A DNA stretch of 64,000 nt. Source: Octopus vulgaris (Eukaryota). The number at the start of each line of letters is the position of its first letter. Within the stretch, counting starts at the first letter, position 1. The position numbers and the translations under genes were made by a program. The stretch lies in the NCBI GenBank assembly GCA_951406725.2, contig OX597832.1:37882001-37946000 (forward strand), given 5' to 3'. This document shows positions 13,306 through 27,624 of the stretch, piece after piece. The notes beneath the pieces are model-generated. The model had not been told where the DNA came from, did not search any database, and saw nothing but the letters and a program-made list of their open reading frames with translations.

Positions 13306-13904
13306 GTAAATATGTGTATATATATATACACACACATATATATATATATACTCACATATATAGGTAAGTGAGAGAGGTAAAGTGGCTGTCTATCTTTGCA
13401 CGTATGTATGCCACCATAAAAAAATTATGAAAAGAAATGAACCTTCGACGCCTAACACCCGAAAAGAAAAGTATGAACACAGAAACAAGGAGTATTTAAG
13501 ATAAGTCTAATAAACGCACACACACACACACACACATACATACTTGCACATGATGCCACTGTCTGTCGTGATTTATACACACCCACAATGTACGTACTTA
13601 CCTACCGGCTTCTACAGCAACAACAGAGCAACACTAACAACAAAATAGGATGTCGCGCTATTTGATTAAGCATTTTTTTTTTTCAAGAATTGTGAACGCG
13701 CTGCTGGAAGAAAATTTTGCGTACTTTATCATCCACCACCCGGACCTCAATACTTTACTCCACTTATTTGATCCATATCCACTCCTACTACTACTCTTAT
13801 TGTTAATGTCATTGTTCTTGTTCTTTTTAATGCTGTTGTTGTTGTTGTTGTTGCCGAATGTTATCATTATACTGCCATGTTATGCTGTTATGCTTTAATT
13901 GTTT

Positions 13905-14370
13905 TAGTAACTGGGTTTCGGCCTTTTTACAGCAACGCCTTGACTTGAAAGGTTTAGTCGGACAAATCGACCACAATATATGTATTAGTCTGTTACTTAT
14001 TATATCGGCTCTTTTGCTGAACCGCTATGTTACATGAATGTAAAATAATCCAATGACGGTTGGATACACTCACATACATGTATTAATGTATGTGTGTGTA
14101 TGTACGTACGTGTGTTTGTATGTATATACTTACATGTGTATGTACGTGTGTATGTATGATGTATGCATGTGTTTATGTATTTATGTATGCATGTGTATCT
14201 GTCACGGATTTCCACACACTTTCCCCTAACCAAATTCTCTCACAGGGCATTTATGAGTTCGAGATTTTAGCAGAATAGTAGAAGACACGTGTCTCTGGTG
14301 TCACGCAATGGGACTGAACTCGAACCCACACAGACGAAAAGCAAGCTATTCAACCACACAGTCAGGCATA
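13905..14370 (-). mobile_element. SINE family A, diverged near-full copy with expanded internal microsatellite
   Basis: ggtttagtcg...ctcttttgctgaaccgct...agtagaagacac...tgggactgaactcg in collinear order. Confidence 0.65.
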
Positions 14371-14953
14371 CCCCATGTTATTCAAAGTATGTTATTAGAA
14401 TCAGTTTGAAGACCATAACAACCACAAAAACGACTCGAGTTTTCAGAATTCAACACCTGGACACATTCTTCATATTTGTTGAAAGTTTCAAAATATGTGA
14501 CGATGACTGCGGTTGATTCTTTCTTTTAAATAAATGCCAGCCACTTAGGAGAAGGAGGGAGGGGTGGAATGATGTTTATTCTGGCTTCGTTCTTGCAAGA
14601 GGGGCTTCAAGTATGTGACCGTCTCATAATATGCCACTCCCCCACTTCCAAGAAATTGCTTCTACCCTATCATAATTACAATATTTTTCAGCGTTCTACA
14701 TACACCCCACTAAATTATATCCCATCTCAAAAGATACGTTTTTCAATGGTTGTAAAATAACATATTTTGCACTGCATGCCTCTCTGTACACACACACACA
14801 CAACATCTACCTATGTAAGCATGTATATATATGTACACACATGCATACAAATATAGGTAGCTATTACTTGTGCGTGTGTGCATAAGCACGAACCTATCTA
14901 TGCATCTATCTTATATATATCTATCTATATATCTATCTGTTTCTCTATCCATT

Positions 14954-14989
<36 letters not shown>

Positions 14990-15001
14990 AACAGACACCT
15001 G

Positions 15002-15061
<60 letters not shown>

Positions 15062-15124
15062 CATACATACATATGTGTTTTTCAGTTTATGTATATACAA
15101 AATGTATATTTGAATATGTGAGTA

Positions 15125-15172
<48 letters not shown>

Positions 15173-15761
15173 CCATTCAGCAATAAATAAATGCAAGAGC
15201 TGATATTTTGGGTGGGGAGTGGGTGTACCACACTGCCTTGTATTCCTTTTGCGACCTCAATAAATCACTAATATCACGTGTCATCACTTCTCGATCATCC
15301 AACTCGCGTTACGTAAGACAAAAGTATTACAATACCAACACAATATTAGGAAATGTAAAAACGAAGCCAGAGACACCGCATTATGATGTAATTACATTAT
15401 GGGGGATACCACATCCACCATCACCACCACCACCACCACCATCATCATCGTCACTATCATCATGATCTTTGTTGTCGTTGTTCCTAACACCGGTTTAATA
15501 GACATTTTTTCCCCTATTTACCAGCTTACCCATTTCACAAACTTCCACCGTGTCAGAAGAATGCACACTAAACTAATTCACTGCCACTACCACCACCACC
15601 GCCGTTACCTTCATGGATTAGCTTTTCTCCTCCTCTTCCTTCGCCCAATGAATTCAATTATCCCTCCATCTCTCTCTCTATTCCTTTCTCTCTTGTTTCA
15701 TTATCTCTCACTCTCTCTGTGTCTATCAACACCCCTCTCTGTATGTCTGTGAGTGTGTGTG

Positions 15762-15799
<38 letters not shown>

Positions 15800-15891
15800 T
15801 ATATGTGTAAGCATGCATATATATATATATATATATATATAAATATATGTATATATATGTGTATATATATATATGTGTGTATATATATGTA

Positions 15892-15924
<33 letters not shown>

Positions 15925-16027
15925 TTATAAATGCCTATATGTGTAAGCATGCATATATATATATATACACACACACACATACAAATCCCTCCCACTGTCA
16001 CATTATATATATACGTATCTATATATT

Positions 16028-16065
<38 letters not shown>

Positions 16066-16643
16066 CACTCACCACTACCCTACATCTTTCTCCTCCTCTC
16101 TCTCCCCCCCTCTCCATCGATCCCTCCTACTGTGATTTCCTCTAGGCAGTCGATAACCAACTTCTTCCGATGTTGCGAACAGCGCAGTGTCTTCATTTAA
16201 CCATTTCGGAAGAGATTCTGAACAACTCAGACAACACACACACACACACACACACACACACTGAATCACCTACCCACCCACCCCCATCTCAGATGTGAAA
16301 CCCTCCACTCCACCAATAGACTTCTCATTTCGAAAATTGGAATGAAGAAATAAAACAAAAAATACTAAAGAAAAAAAAAAGTTAATTAAATAAATATAAC
16401 ATAAATATGAAAATAAAATAAAATGCTGTCTGTCTGTCCGTCCGTCTCATTCCCCCTCCTTTTTTCACACTCCTCACACACACACACACCCTCACCTGCC
16501 CTTCCCTCCCCCGTATCATTTATCTTTATACTTTATGTTAATATTTTTTTTCTTGGTAAATTTTCCTTTTAATAACAGCACAGTGTGTATGTATATATGT
16601 TTGAAGAATATATATATATGTATAGTGTATGAATGTGCGGATG

Positions 16644-16678
<35 letters not shown>

Positions 16679-16928
16679 TTTATATGTTCGTGTGTTTATA
16701 TGAACATATCCAAGTACAAGGCTGCATGTGTAATTGTGTAATGCTATCTACATGTGTGGGTATGTCTATATATATATATATATATAATACATTCATATAT
16801 ATATATATACATGTGTGTGTGTGTGTTTGTATATGCATGTATGCGCGTGTATGTGTTTACTCAGGAATGATATGCTTGTTCATATGTATGGGAGTGTACA
16901 ATATATATATATATATATATATATACAT

Positions 16929-16962
<34 letters not shown>

Positions 16963-17406
16963 CTATATATATATATATATGTATGTGTGTATGTATATAT
17001 ACGGACGTGTCTGTGTAGGGATTTTTATAAGTATGAATATGACACCATTACCATTATATGCTAATTACGATTTATTTCGCTATAAATTTTTCAGGAAAAG
17101 AAAAAACTGTGAAAGTAAATAAATAAAAGCGAAAATATATAGGAAGACAGAAGAAAGCATAGATTTAAAACTGCTTCCATACAATCTACACACTCCTCCA
17201 TCTTCGATACGTACACACGGATGCACAAACACACGCGCGCGCACGCACCTTTAGTCTCTTACCGGTTTGAGTGTGTGCGTTCATTTGTAATATATTTATA
17301 AATATCTGCATATGAACACATGTATCTATATCGTTCTAGCTGATACATATAAGTACATGTGCATTTATGTAGTCTGTGTGTGTGTGTGCGTGTGCATACA
17401 TACATA

Positions 17407-17449
<43 letters not shown>

Positions 17450-17476
17450 TATATATATATATATATGTGTATGTAT

Positions 17477-17524
<48 letters not shown>

Positions 17525-17923
17525 AAATATAAATACACATTCATATGCATGTATAAGTATATATATATATATATATATATATATACTCACATTAACACCT
17601 ATATTTTGTATATATATATATACGCTCGCACACAGAGATAGATATAGATAGTGAGAGAGAGGGAAAGAGAGAGATATAGGTAAATGTATATTTCTACGAG
17701 TTGGCTGTATTTGTAAAGTCGAACCTATACTTATACACACACATACACACATACAAACAATTTTGTTGTTCACGTAAGTAAAAACTGAACAAGAGAACAA
17801 TTCATTAAAGACAGGAAGTGACGTATGGAATTGGTTGCTATATGTTGCTGTTATTGGTGTTTATGTGTGAAGATACACGTGTGTGCATGAAGGCATGTGT
17901 AGGTGTGTATGCATGTATGTTTG

Positions 17924-17961
<38 letters not shown>

Positions 17962-18011
17962 TGTTCCACATCCTCGCGTTGTTGTCTTTTTGTTTTCTTG
18001 TTTGGATTAAC

Positions 18012-18071
<60 letters not shown>

Positions 18072-18407
18072 TACATGTGTGTATTCCCACGCAGGAAAGA
18101 ATATCGGAAAGTTTACTTTGTGGGGTGAAAATGCACCTGGGTATGAAAACGTATAGTCAATTTTTAATTTTATATCAGAATTAATGCCAAACAGGTCTCG
18201 AAAATTTTCTGTGTGGTAAATAAAAAAATATAAAGGTTTTAGAAGGAGTTAAAGCTACAATGAAGAGTTCGGAAAAAGTAGAGCCTGCTTAAAAGATCTA
18301 AATATTCATATAAATTCCAATATCCAAGAAGTTTCACAGAGATAAACAGTAATACAAGTTCAAATGCTCGATGACTTTCATAATAGTCATACGTGATTGA
18401 AAGTTGT

Positions 18408-18575
18408 GCTTGACAACCGGTGTTAGTGTGTTTACGTCCCCGTAACTTAGCGGTTGAGCACGAGTTGACAATATGTACCAGGCTTAAAAAGAGTACTGGG
18501 GGTCGGTTCGTTCAACTAAAATTTGTCAAGGAAGAGCACCACCGTGGTCGTAGTCTAACGATTGAATCAAAAGCT
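18408..18575 (+). mobile_element. SINE family A, 3' half
   Basis: gcttgacaaccggtgttagtgtgtttacgtccccgtaacttagcggtt...gtactgggggtcg. Confidence 0.75.
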
Positions 18576-19244
18576 ACATGATGCACACACACACACACCA
18601 GTGTAACCCTTAATTTTACAACACACAGATGTCTTGTTTGAAAACTTAGTTACAACATGCAGGGCTCACTGGAGCAATTTATGAAGACAAATCTATCCTT
18701 TTTATATAAAGTTTCTTTCTGTAAAAAAAAAACCTGTTTATTATGAAGCCTCAAAACTCTTTCGTCGTACTTTTTTGTACACAAGAGAGCCGATAGCATT
18801 GTGTCAGCAAAAATATTGAAGCCGTACATTAAATTTTTGAGGGGCACTTCATAGGAAACTATACAGAAATAAATGAAAAATAAATAACGGTTGTCACGTG
18901 CTCTTAAGTGGATAAAAAGTTTTCCGGACTAAGTAAATAAATATTTAATAAAAAAAAAAATCATATAAAAAATATTTTTATCATTATTATTATTGGCATC
19001 ATTAATATTGTTATTGTTGCTATTTTTAATATATATATATATATATACATACATATACACACAAACACATGTATATATACATATACACACACACATATAT
19101 ACACACACATATATATATATACATACACACACATATATACATACACACACACACATATACATACACACACACACACATATACATACACACACACATATAC
19201 ATACACACACACACATACATACACACACACACACATATATACAT

Positions 19245-19305
<61 letters not shown>

Positions 19306-19889
19306 TATATATACACATATACACACACACATAATCTGTATGCATGTGCTTATGCGTGTTGTTTCCGTAGCCATTTACAGCCATCTTAAGAAGTGTCATT
19401 TTCTCCTTCCCTTATTTCCTACCACCTCTGCATCACCGCTCTTACTTCGCTTCTTACTCTCCCGTTCACAAAACTCTCCTTCTCCGTCACACACACACAC
19501 TCACACCTAGGAACGTATCACGGTCCTCCACCCCTAATTGATATGCACCACTTTTCGCAAAAAGTGAATAAAGATATCCCTAATCAATATTTTGTGGTAT
19601 GAATCCTGGCTACAACAACAACAACAACAAATATAATGTTTTAAAAAATAAACAATAATGGCACAGCAAAAAATCTTCATGAAATTACACACACATACAC
19701 ACACCTACACACTCGTATATCATACAAAAAACAAGCATGGATATAAGTGGATGTATATAAAATGAAATGCATAGAGTAAAATAGATACCTATTTTAATAT
19801 TATCGTTCTTGCCGTTATTGTTGTCATCAAATTACTATTATTCTAACGATGAATCATTATTCTTCTTATTATTATATAACATTCACGTT

Positions 19890-20108
19890 CATTATTATTA
19901 TTATTTGTACATAACACTCATGATCATTATTATTATTTGTATATAACATTCATGTATATTATCATTATTATTTTTATTATTATTATCATTATTATTATTA
20001 TTATTATTACTATTATTATTATTATTACTATTATTATTATTATTATTATTACAATTACTATTATTATTATTATTACAATTACAATTACTATTATTATTAT
20101 TATTATTT
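19890..20108. repeat. (TTA)n compound microsatellite
   Basis: Directly visible. Confidence 0.95.
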
Positions 20109-20856
20109 AAGTGTTTCAAGCAAGAGACAGCAGATGAGTGCCATTTGGTGCACTACTACTACAGAGCAACGATGTGTCAGAACGATTCTCGTAGATTTAA
20201 TTCGAATACTTCAAACCCATCTCAAAGGGGAAGAAGCACAGAGAAGGCAAAAAATTATTTTCTTAATTGAAACAAAAAGAAAAAAAATATACAACAGTGG
20301 TGTAGATTTGTGTTACCATCACTTTTACAGTTTAAGAAAATTGTCAATCATAATGTAATGTCACCGAAAACTGCGTCTTTGATTACGATTGTGTTGCATA
20401 AGCGCAAAAATGGACGCACAATTATGTTCGCTTTGCAAGTACGTGGTGTCCGGTTTTTAACTCACTCATTAGCACCTTGGGCAAGGGTCTTTTATATGTA
20501 TCTCAGAACCGACCAATCTCGTAAAGAATGAATTTGGTACACAAAAACTGTACGATGCACCTCACCACTGAGCATGTGTGTCTGCACACACACACACACA
20601 CACACATACACACAATGTCGCTAAATGTATATACATACTCATATATTTATGTATTAAATATATAAATAGCCATATATATATTATATGTGAATATGCAGAT
20701 ATTATATATACATATGATTTTGATTTTTTGATTTTTCCAGTTTCAGCTAATGAGATGTGGCCATGCTGGGGCACCGCCATTTACATATATGGATATGTAA
20801 AATTGTGCTTATAGCAGAAAGGATTTTTATTATTATTATTAATGTTATTATTGTGA

Positions 20857-21098
20857 GGCGGCGAACTGGCAGAATCCTTATCACCCTGAACAAATTACTT
20901 AGTACCATTTCATCTGTCTTTATGTTCTGAGTTCAAACTTCGCCGAGGTCGACTTTGCATTTCATCCTACCGAAGTTCATAAAATAAGTACCAGTTGAGT
21001 ACTGGTTGTCGGTAGAATCGACTTACCCCCTTACCAGAGCTTGCTTTATGCCGAAATTTGAAACCATTACTCTTGTGCCAAAATTTGAAACCATTATC
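20857..21098 (+). mobile_element. SINE family B (Meta/MESC-like), with tandemly duplicated tail
   Basis: ggcggcgaactggcagaa...gttctgagttcaaa...gaggtcgactttgc.tttcatcct; tail aaatttgaaaccatta occurs twice. Confidence 0.85.
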
Positions 21099-21864
21099 AT
21101 CATCATCCTGCTCTTCCTCCTCCTCCTCCTTCGTAGAGAATCGAGCAAAATGGCTGTAATTTTGTGAAGTCCTATACGTTCAGATTCGGGTCGTGTTCCT
21201 CTAGGTGGAGGGATTGATAAACTTATAGCTTGTTTTAAATGGTTGAGCCTTGCAAAAATATCGTTACACAGTCTTGAACTTATGTTAGGCGTTGTTATAC
21301 GGCTTAAGTACATGGTAATGGCTGATCAGATCAAAATGGCGATGAGAGGAATTTAAAGCTTAGAAAATGGCAGTGGCCAACAGAACTATGGTGGAAACTA
21401 ATAAAATCAGTATGGCAGAATTAACAATCAATATGACGAAAGACAGCTGACAAAAGAATATAACGGAGGCTGATAATATCAATATGGTGGCGGTGGGAGG
21501 AGAGGAACAATATGGCGCTGGACAAAAAGCTTCGCAGTATTTAGTTACGAGCCGTGCTGCCGTTCTGAGTTCCACACCCATTACTGTTAATTTGGCTTTA
21601 AATATTTCCGGTCGTTAACAAAACAAATAATTACCATCCACCAAAGTTAGAAAATATTGTTAAGTTAGATGAGGAGGTGGCGAGAGAGGTGGTGAGAGAG
21701 GTGTTAATCGGATGAACAGAACAATAAACTGATATGATTAAAGATACTTTTTTTTGCAAGAATCAAAGTGAGACATTTATAAATAAAATCCAGGTTGCGT
21801 TTGTCTCTCATCCTTCAGTGGCCGTTTGCGCATGTTTGAAAAACTATTATTCTGGTTGTTAAAT

Positions 21865-21989
21865 TTTGAATTCAATTCCCAACGAGGTCAACCTAGCTTT
21901 GCAGCTCTTCAGTGTAGATTAAAATAAAATACCAGTCAAGTGCTGGGGCTTATGCCCTTCAAAACTGCTGGCTTTGTACCTAAAGGTAC

Positions 21990-22031
<42 letters not shown>

Positions 22032-22416
22032 AAGCGACGAGCTGGCAAAATCGTTAGCACGCTGAACGAAATGCTTTGCAGTATTTCTGCCGCTTGCTAC
22101 GTCGAGGCTGACTTTGCCTTTCATCCTTTCGGGGAATCGATTGGTCCCCTTGCTTAAAATTTCAGGCCTTGTGTCTATAGTAGAAAGGATTATTATTATT
22201 ATTATTAAGACGGTGAACTAGCAGAATCGTAAGCCCGCCGGGCAAAATCCTTAAAGGTACTTTGTCTGTCTTAAGGTTCTGGGTTCGAATGCCGATGAGG
22301 CCAGGTTTGCATTTAGTCCTTTCAGAGTCCACAAAATAAGTACCAGTTGAACACTGTGGAGTCAATTGCATCGACTTACTCCCGAAATTGCTGGCCGTGT
22401 GCCAAAGTCTCAAACG
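21865..22416 (+). mobile_element. Three tandem SINE family B copies separated by (TTA)n
   Basis: Heads at ~22033 and ~22209 plus a 5'-truncated copy at ~21865; each ends in a tta tail. Confidence 0.75.
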
Positions 22417-22454
<38 letters not shown>

Positions 22455-23309
22455 CATTATTATTATTATTATTATTATTATCATTATTATTATAATTGAC
22501 AGCGCCAGCAGTAATGGCTGTAGCAGTTGTAGGGAATAACACGATATCAATATATAAATTGATGATAGCTCTTCATCAGCGCTGAGTATTAATGCAACGT
22601 TTAAAATACATACGCAAATACTAAAAAAATCAACGCAAAAGCGTAATGACACATCAAGATAACGTGTGAATAAAACATATACTCTGTATGTGTATATGCA
22701 TTGATATAGCATAAAAAACCCATAAAAACACACATGTGAGTGTATATATATATATATAATACACTCACTCACGAACGCGCATATTCAGACACCATTTAAA
22801 ATTCCCTACAGATATTGGTACCGCAAATGCGAAACCACCTCTTTTCAACACAGCACTTCCCACCACCGCTACCATTTCCATGACACTTATCACTATCATC
22901 ACCCTCATTACCATCAGCACCCTATCCCCCTACCCCCACCCCCACCACCACTACCCCACAACACCGCCGTCGCTCTACCATCTCTACATTGCTTCACATC
23001 CCCCACAGCAGCACTCACCGCCAAGATAATTAACTGTACCTAATGACAGTTTGTGTACATTTTCACAATGTTTGTACACAACAGCAGAGACACGTGTGGA
23101 AATGAGAGAAAGAAGAGAAAGGGAGAAAGAGAGAGAGAGAGAGGGAGAGAGAAATCTAATACAGTTTTCGGTCGGATGTTCTTTATTGTTATTGCCATAC
23201 TTTATATGTTCTTTTCTTTTTATTTTATTTTATTTATCATTCATAATTAATTTAGCAACTGTTTATAATAATTATTAAATATTATCACTTTAACTATTCT
23301 TATAAAGAA

Positions 23310-23348
<39 letters not shown>

Positions 23349-23518
23349 GTTGCTGTTGTTGTTTTTACTATCATTGCTTTTGTTGTTGTTGTTGTGATCT
23401 GAGATGGTGATAATGCTGATGTCAGTGACTGTTATGGAGTGTTGTTCTTGTCGATAATGTTCATTAAACAGACAAAACTTCTGTTTACAAGCCACTTTGC
23501 TAACACCCATCATTTATG

Positions 23519-23562
<44 letters not shown>

Positions 23563-24638
23563 TGTGTGTGTGTATACATACACACATACAAACATATATA
23601 AGCAAGTACATACAGATAACACAAAGGAAAAAAGGATTTCAAAATTAGCGCAGATACTTTAGGAGCACTCTCTTGTCATCCGAACTTGGATGCCTATATC
23701 GACCAATAGGAAACTAAAGTGTTATGCTCGCTTAAAACTTTGGATCTACACAGTACTATAAACCAATGAAGAAGAATCGATTAGTTGCACAGAAACGTCG
23801 CATCAAAGGAAACACGTGTCGGCATCTTAAATTTTATAACAATTAGCTAAAGACGTATTATTCTCTGTCCTTCATTTTGTCCTCACACACACACACGTAT
23901 CATAGATGCTCTGGGCTGCAATATTTTATGTTCTTAAGAGGTTTCGGTATTTTAACATCAGGCAGTTCTCCTACCCAGTTGTTCATGTCCCAGGTTGTTC
24001 AAGTCCTAGTTGAACCATTCGTTGTAGCCATAAAATGGCGGTAAGAGCTTCGTGGAGCGAATACCTCGGAAGATACGCGTATATAAATATATATAGAGAA
24101 ACACACACAAATGTATGTAACAAGACAGGTACTCAGGAAGAAATATTCGCCATTAATTTTAGCGGGGTGTTCTTCAAAGTGTTCAATAGATGTTCTTATA
24201 AGTTATGAATTAAGGCTGCGATATAACGGGGGGAGAGAGTGATCCTATTACACAATAGAAGGGGAATACATATTCCCTCCTAGAACTTATATATTACATA
24301 AAATGGTGTAAAATTATTGTACATATACACATACTTGCATGTATAAATATTCAATTATACAAGTTTCTACACACACGAATGGCCTGGACGTATATCATAA
24401 ATTATGAGGTGCAACACATCTCTGCAATTTCCCCCACCACACACACGAACCTCCCCAGTCTTTCCCACATTCATGAATGTATGACCACTACATGCATATG
24501 CATGGACACATTCACGTATACATGTGCACAGATATACATAGACAATACAATTCCAAGGCTCAAGTGAGAAGAGACAGTGTACAGATGTGTGTGCGAGTAT
24601 GAACGAATCTGCTATGTGTTCGTGTGTGTAGAAACATG

Positions 24639-24669
<31 letters not shown>

Positions 24670-24739
24670 ATGCTTTTATGTATGTGTATGTATGCGGGTG
24701 TGTTTATACATATAAATACATGTGTATACATATATACAT

Positions 24740-24783
<44 letters not shown>

Positions 24784-24792
24784 ATGTGTACG

Positions 24793-24828
<36 letters not shown>

Positions 24829-24849
24829 AATACACACATACATATACAC

Positions 24850-24935
<86 letters not shown>

Positions 24936-25524
24936 TAAGACATGGAGCTACACTCCAACTACTGTCTCTCCCCCACCGCTCTTTCCCCTTAGCCTCACCC
25001 CCAAAACGGCTGTTCTCAAGAACCCTATAGACTTCGTTGATGGAATCGCAGCAAATGATAAACTCTCACGTTATCTTATAATCATATCTGTTGTAGTTTA
25101 TTATTATCATTATTATTATTATTATTATTATCATTATTATTATTATCATTATTATTATTATTCCTCTCACACCCTCCTTCAACTTTCAGTTCGTTCACTT
25201 CACATACCCTACCATTCTCGCCCCCACCCCACACATCAATAACCTGGCCCTTCCCTTTCGCACCCCACACTCGTCTTCTGTACATTTCTAGAGAGGTCTT
25301 CCACAAGAAATATATTTTAATAGTTTGGAGAAGAAATAGGCAACCTGCATCCACACACACACACACACACAAACGGGTATAGCGTTCATAATACCGCTTT
25401 CCCTTCCAACTATACACAATTATACATGGACATAAATATACAGAAATGCAATACATATCTATATACATTCATATAGACAGAGGTATGTATGTGTCTGTCT
25501 GTCTCTCTGTCTTTCTGGATATAG

Positions 25525-25935
25525 ACGCGGCTACGTGGTAAGAAATGTGCTTGCCAACCACATGACTCCGGGTTCAGTTCCATTGCGTGGCACCTTGAGC
25601 AAGTGTCTTCTTCTATAGCCTCGAGCCGACCAAAGCCTTATGAGTTGATTTGGCAGATGGGAACTGAAAGAAACCCATCGGCTATATATATATATATATA
25701 TATATATATTTCATCTGTGCGTCTTTGTGTCTATGTTTTCCTCCGCCATCGCTTGACAACCGATGTTGGTGTATTAATGTCCTCGTAACTTTGCGGTCGG
25801 ACGACGAAGACCGATAGAATAAGTACTAGGCTTACAAAAAATAAGTCCTGGGGTCGATTTCTACGACTAAAACCCTTCAAGGTGGTTCTCTAGCATGGCA
25901 CAGTCAAATGACTGAAACGAATAAAAGAATAAAAA

Positions 25936-25940
<5 letters not shown>
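25525..25940 (+). mobile_element. SINE family A, full-length
   Basis: A-box-like gtggtaag, B-box ggttcagttcc, CORE-like ggcaccttgagcaagtgtctt, internal (TA)n, tail taaaagaataaaaagaata. Confidence 0.9.
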
Positions 25941-25991
<51 letters not shown>

Positions 25992-26016
25992 GTGTGTGTA
26001 ATCGTCACCAAAAAGG

Positions 26017-26140
26017 GACCGTTTTCCATGGTTTAGACGATTTCACAGGAACTAGTAAATCGGAGAACTGCACTAGGTTCCAGTTTGGTATGACATGGTT
26101 TCTACGGCTGGATGCCCTTTCTAACGCCAACCACTCCACA
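26017..26140 (-). mobile_element. RTE-associated SINE fragment
   Basis: ttctacggctggatgccctttctaacgccaacc; related to 47335-47545. Confidence 0.55.
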
Positions 26141-26167
26141 GACATACAAACAAACACACACATATAT

Positions 26168-26330
26168 ATACGACAGGCTTCTTTCAGTTTCCGTTTACTA
26201 AATTCACTTACAAGGCTTTGGTGGGCCCGAGGCTAAAGTAGAAGACACTTGCCCAAGGTGCCATGCAGTGGGACTGAACCCAGAACTATGTGATCGGTAA
26301 ACAAGCTACTTATCACACATCCACTCCTGT
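26168..26330 (-). mobile_element. SINE family A, 5' half
   Basis: cgacaggcttctttcagtttcc...gtagaagacacttgcccaaggtgccatgcagtgggactgaaccc. Confidence 0.85.
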
Positions 26331-26916
26331 ATATATATATATATAGGTAGATAGATAGATAGATGGATAGAAATAGAGAGAGAGAGAGGTGGGGGAGAGA
26401 GACAAGCAGACATATATCTATAAGCACACACATATGGGACTGTAAACTTTGACATCTCACAGTTTTATTTGTCACACATGCAAACATCAGTGTAGCAAGA
26501 TATATCTTTTATAAATCATATTCGCAAGCCACCAAAGGTACGTACGCCTAGTATATGTATGTACGAAATATCTTTCAGGTAACAGTTATAGGTATATTAA
26601 CGCAATATAATTCACTAATTCGTTATACTAGCACTAACTGTTTAATTTATATAAATTCATATTTATACAGGTCTGTACGCAACCGCCAAGTGAATGTGAA
26701 ATTCTAGACAGTACTCAATATCTAGAGATAGCGCTGATCCAGATTTGTGTGCATTATATGCACACAAGTTATCATGGAACACATAGTTATCATGGAAACC
26801 GTACTATGTATACGATATGAGAGATATATCCACATGTGACACAAACATTTATATATTAGTATAACATAGCACTATATGTGTACGAGTGTGTGTATTTATA
26901 TGTATCTACATACATA

Positions 26917-26964
<48 letters not shown>

Positions 26965-26974
26965 CCTACATACC

Positions 26975-27031
<57 letters not shown>

Positions 27032-27624
27032 GTACACACAAACACACACATACATAAAATGTTCCATTATGTTTTTGTATTTGTATTGATATATATTTAT
27101 GTGCTCATACACGCACGCACACAGACATTCATTACTAATCTGGTTAGATACCAACAAAAGCAAACACCCTCCCCTCCCTGAAAAAATATATATGAAAAAC
27201 AAAAGCTCATATGTCCCAAGCTCTAACAAAGATATCATCTACACTCCCTGTCAACCCCAGCGTTTTCTACTGAAAATGAAAAAAAACAAAAAAACAGAGT
27301 AATAATAATAATAATGATAAAACTGCAAAATGGAAGCGAGAAGTGGGCAACATCAGAAGTCAATTTCCTTTGCCATTTATTAAGTCAGATAATTATAATG
27401 GCATTAGGCAGGATCCGCCGGTTTGGTAATGGGCAGACATTAGAACAAGCTTTACTGTTGACAAATATATCGATAAACAACAGTCCAGCTCTTGTCACTT
27501 AGTTACTCTACTTTGAGGCGATGGATGTAGGAGGAGGAAATTGGAAAAAAAAGAAAAAAAACAAGCTTCACTATTCAGCTTTCTCGTTCTCTGCCTCCTC
27601 CTACTTATATATACACCAAGAACC

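Noticed and set aside
16158-16217. tcttccga...tcggaaga hairpin as a pre-miRNA
   Set aside because: Only 8-9 contiguous pairs; interior too bulged
22141-22151. ttggtcccctt resembles the start of miR-133
   Set aside because: Lies inside a SINE; the match stops after 11 nt and there is no hairpin
25525-25600. tRNA gene interpretation of SINE heads
   Set aside because: A/B boxes present but no cloverleaf; continuous with the SINE body in many copies
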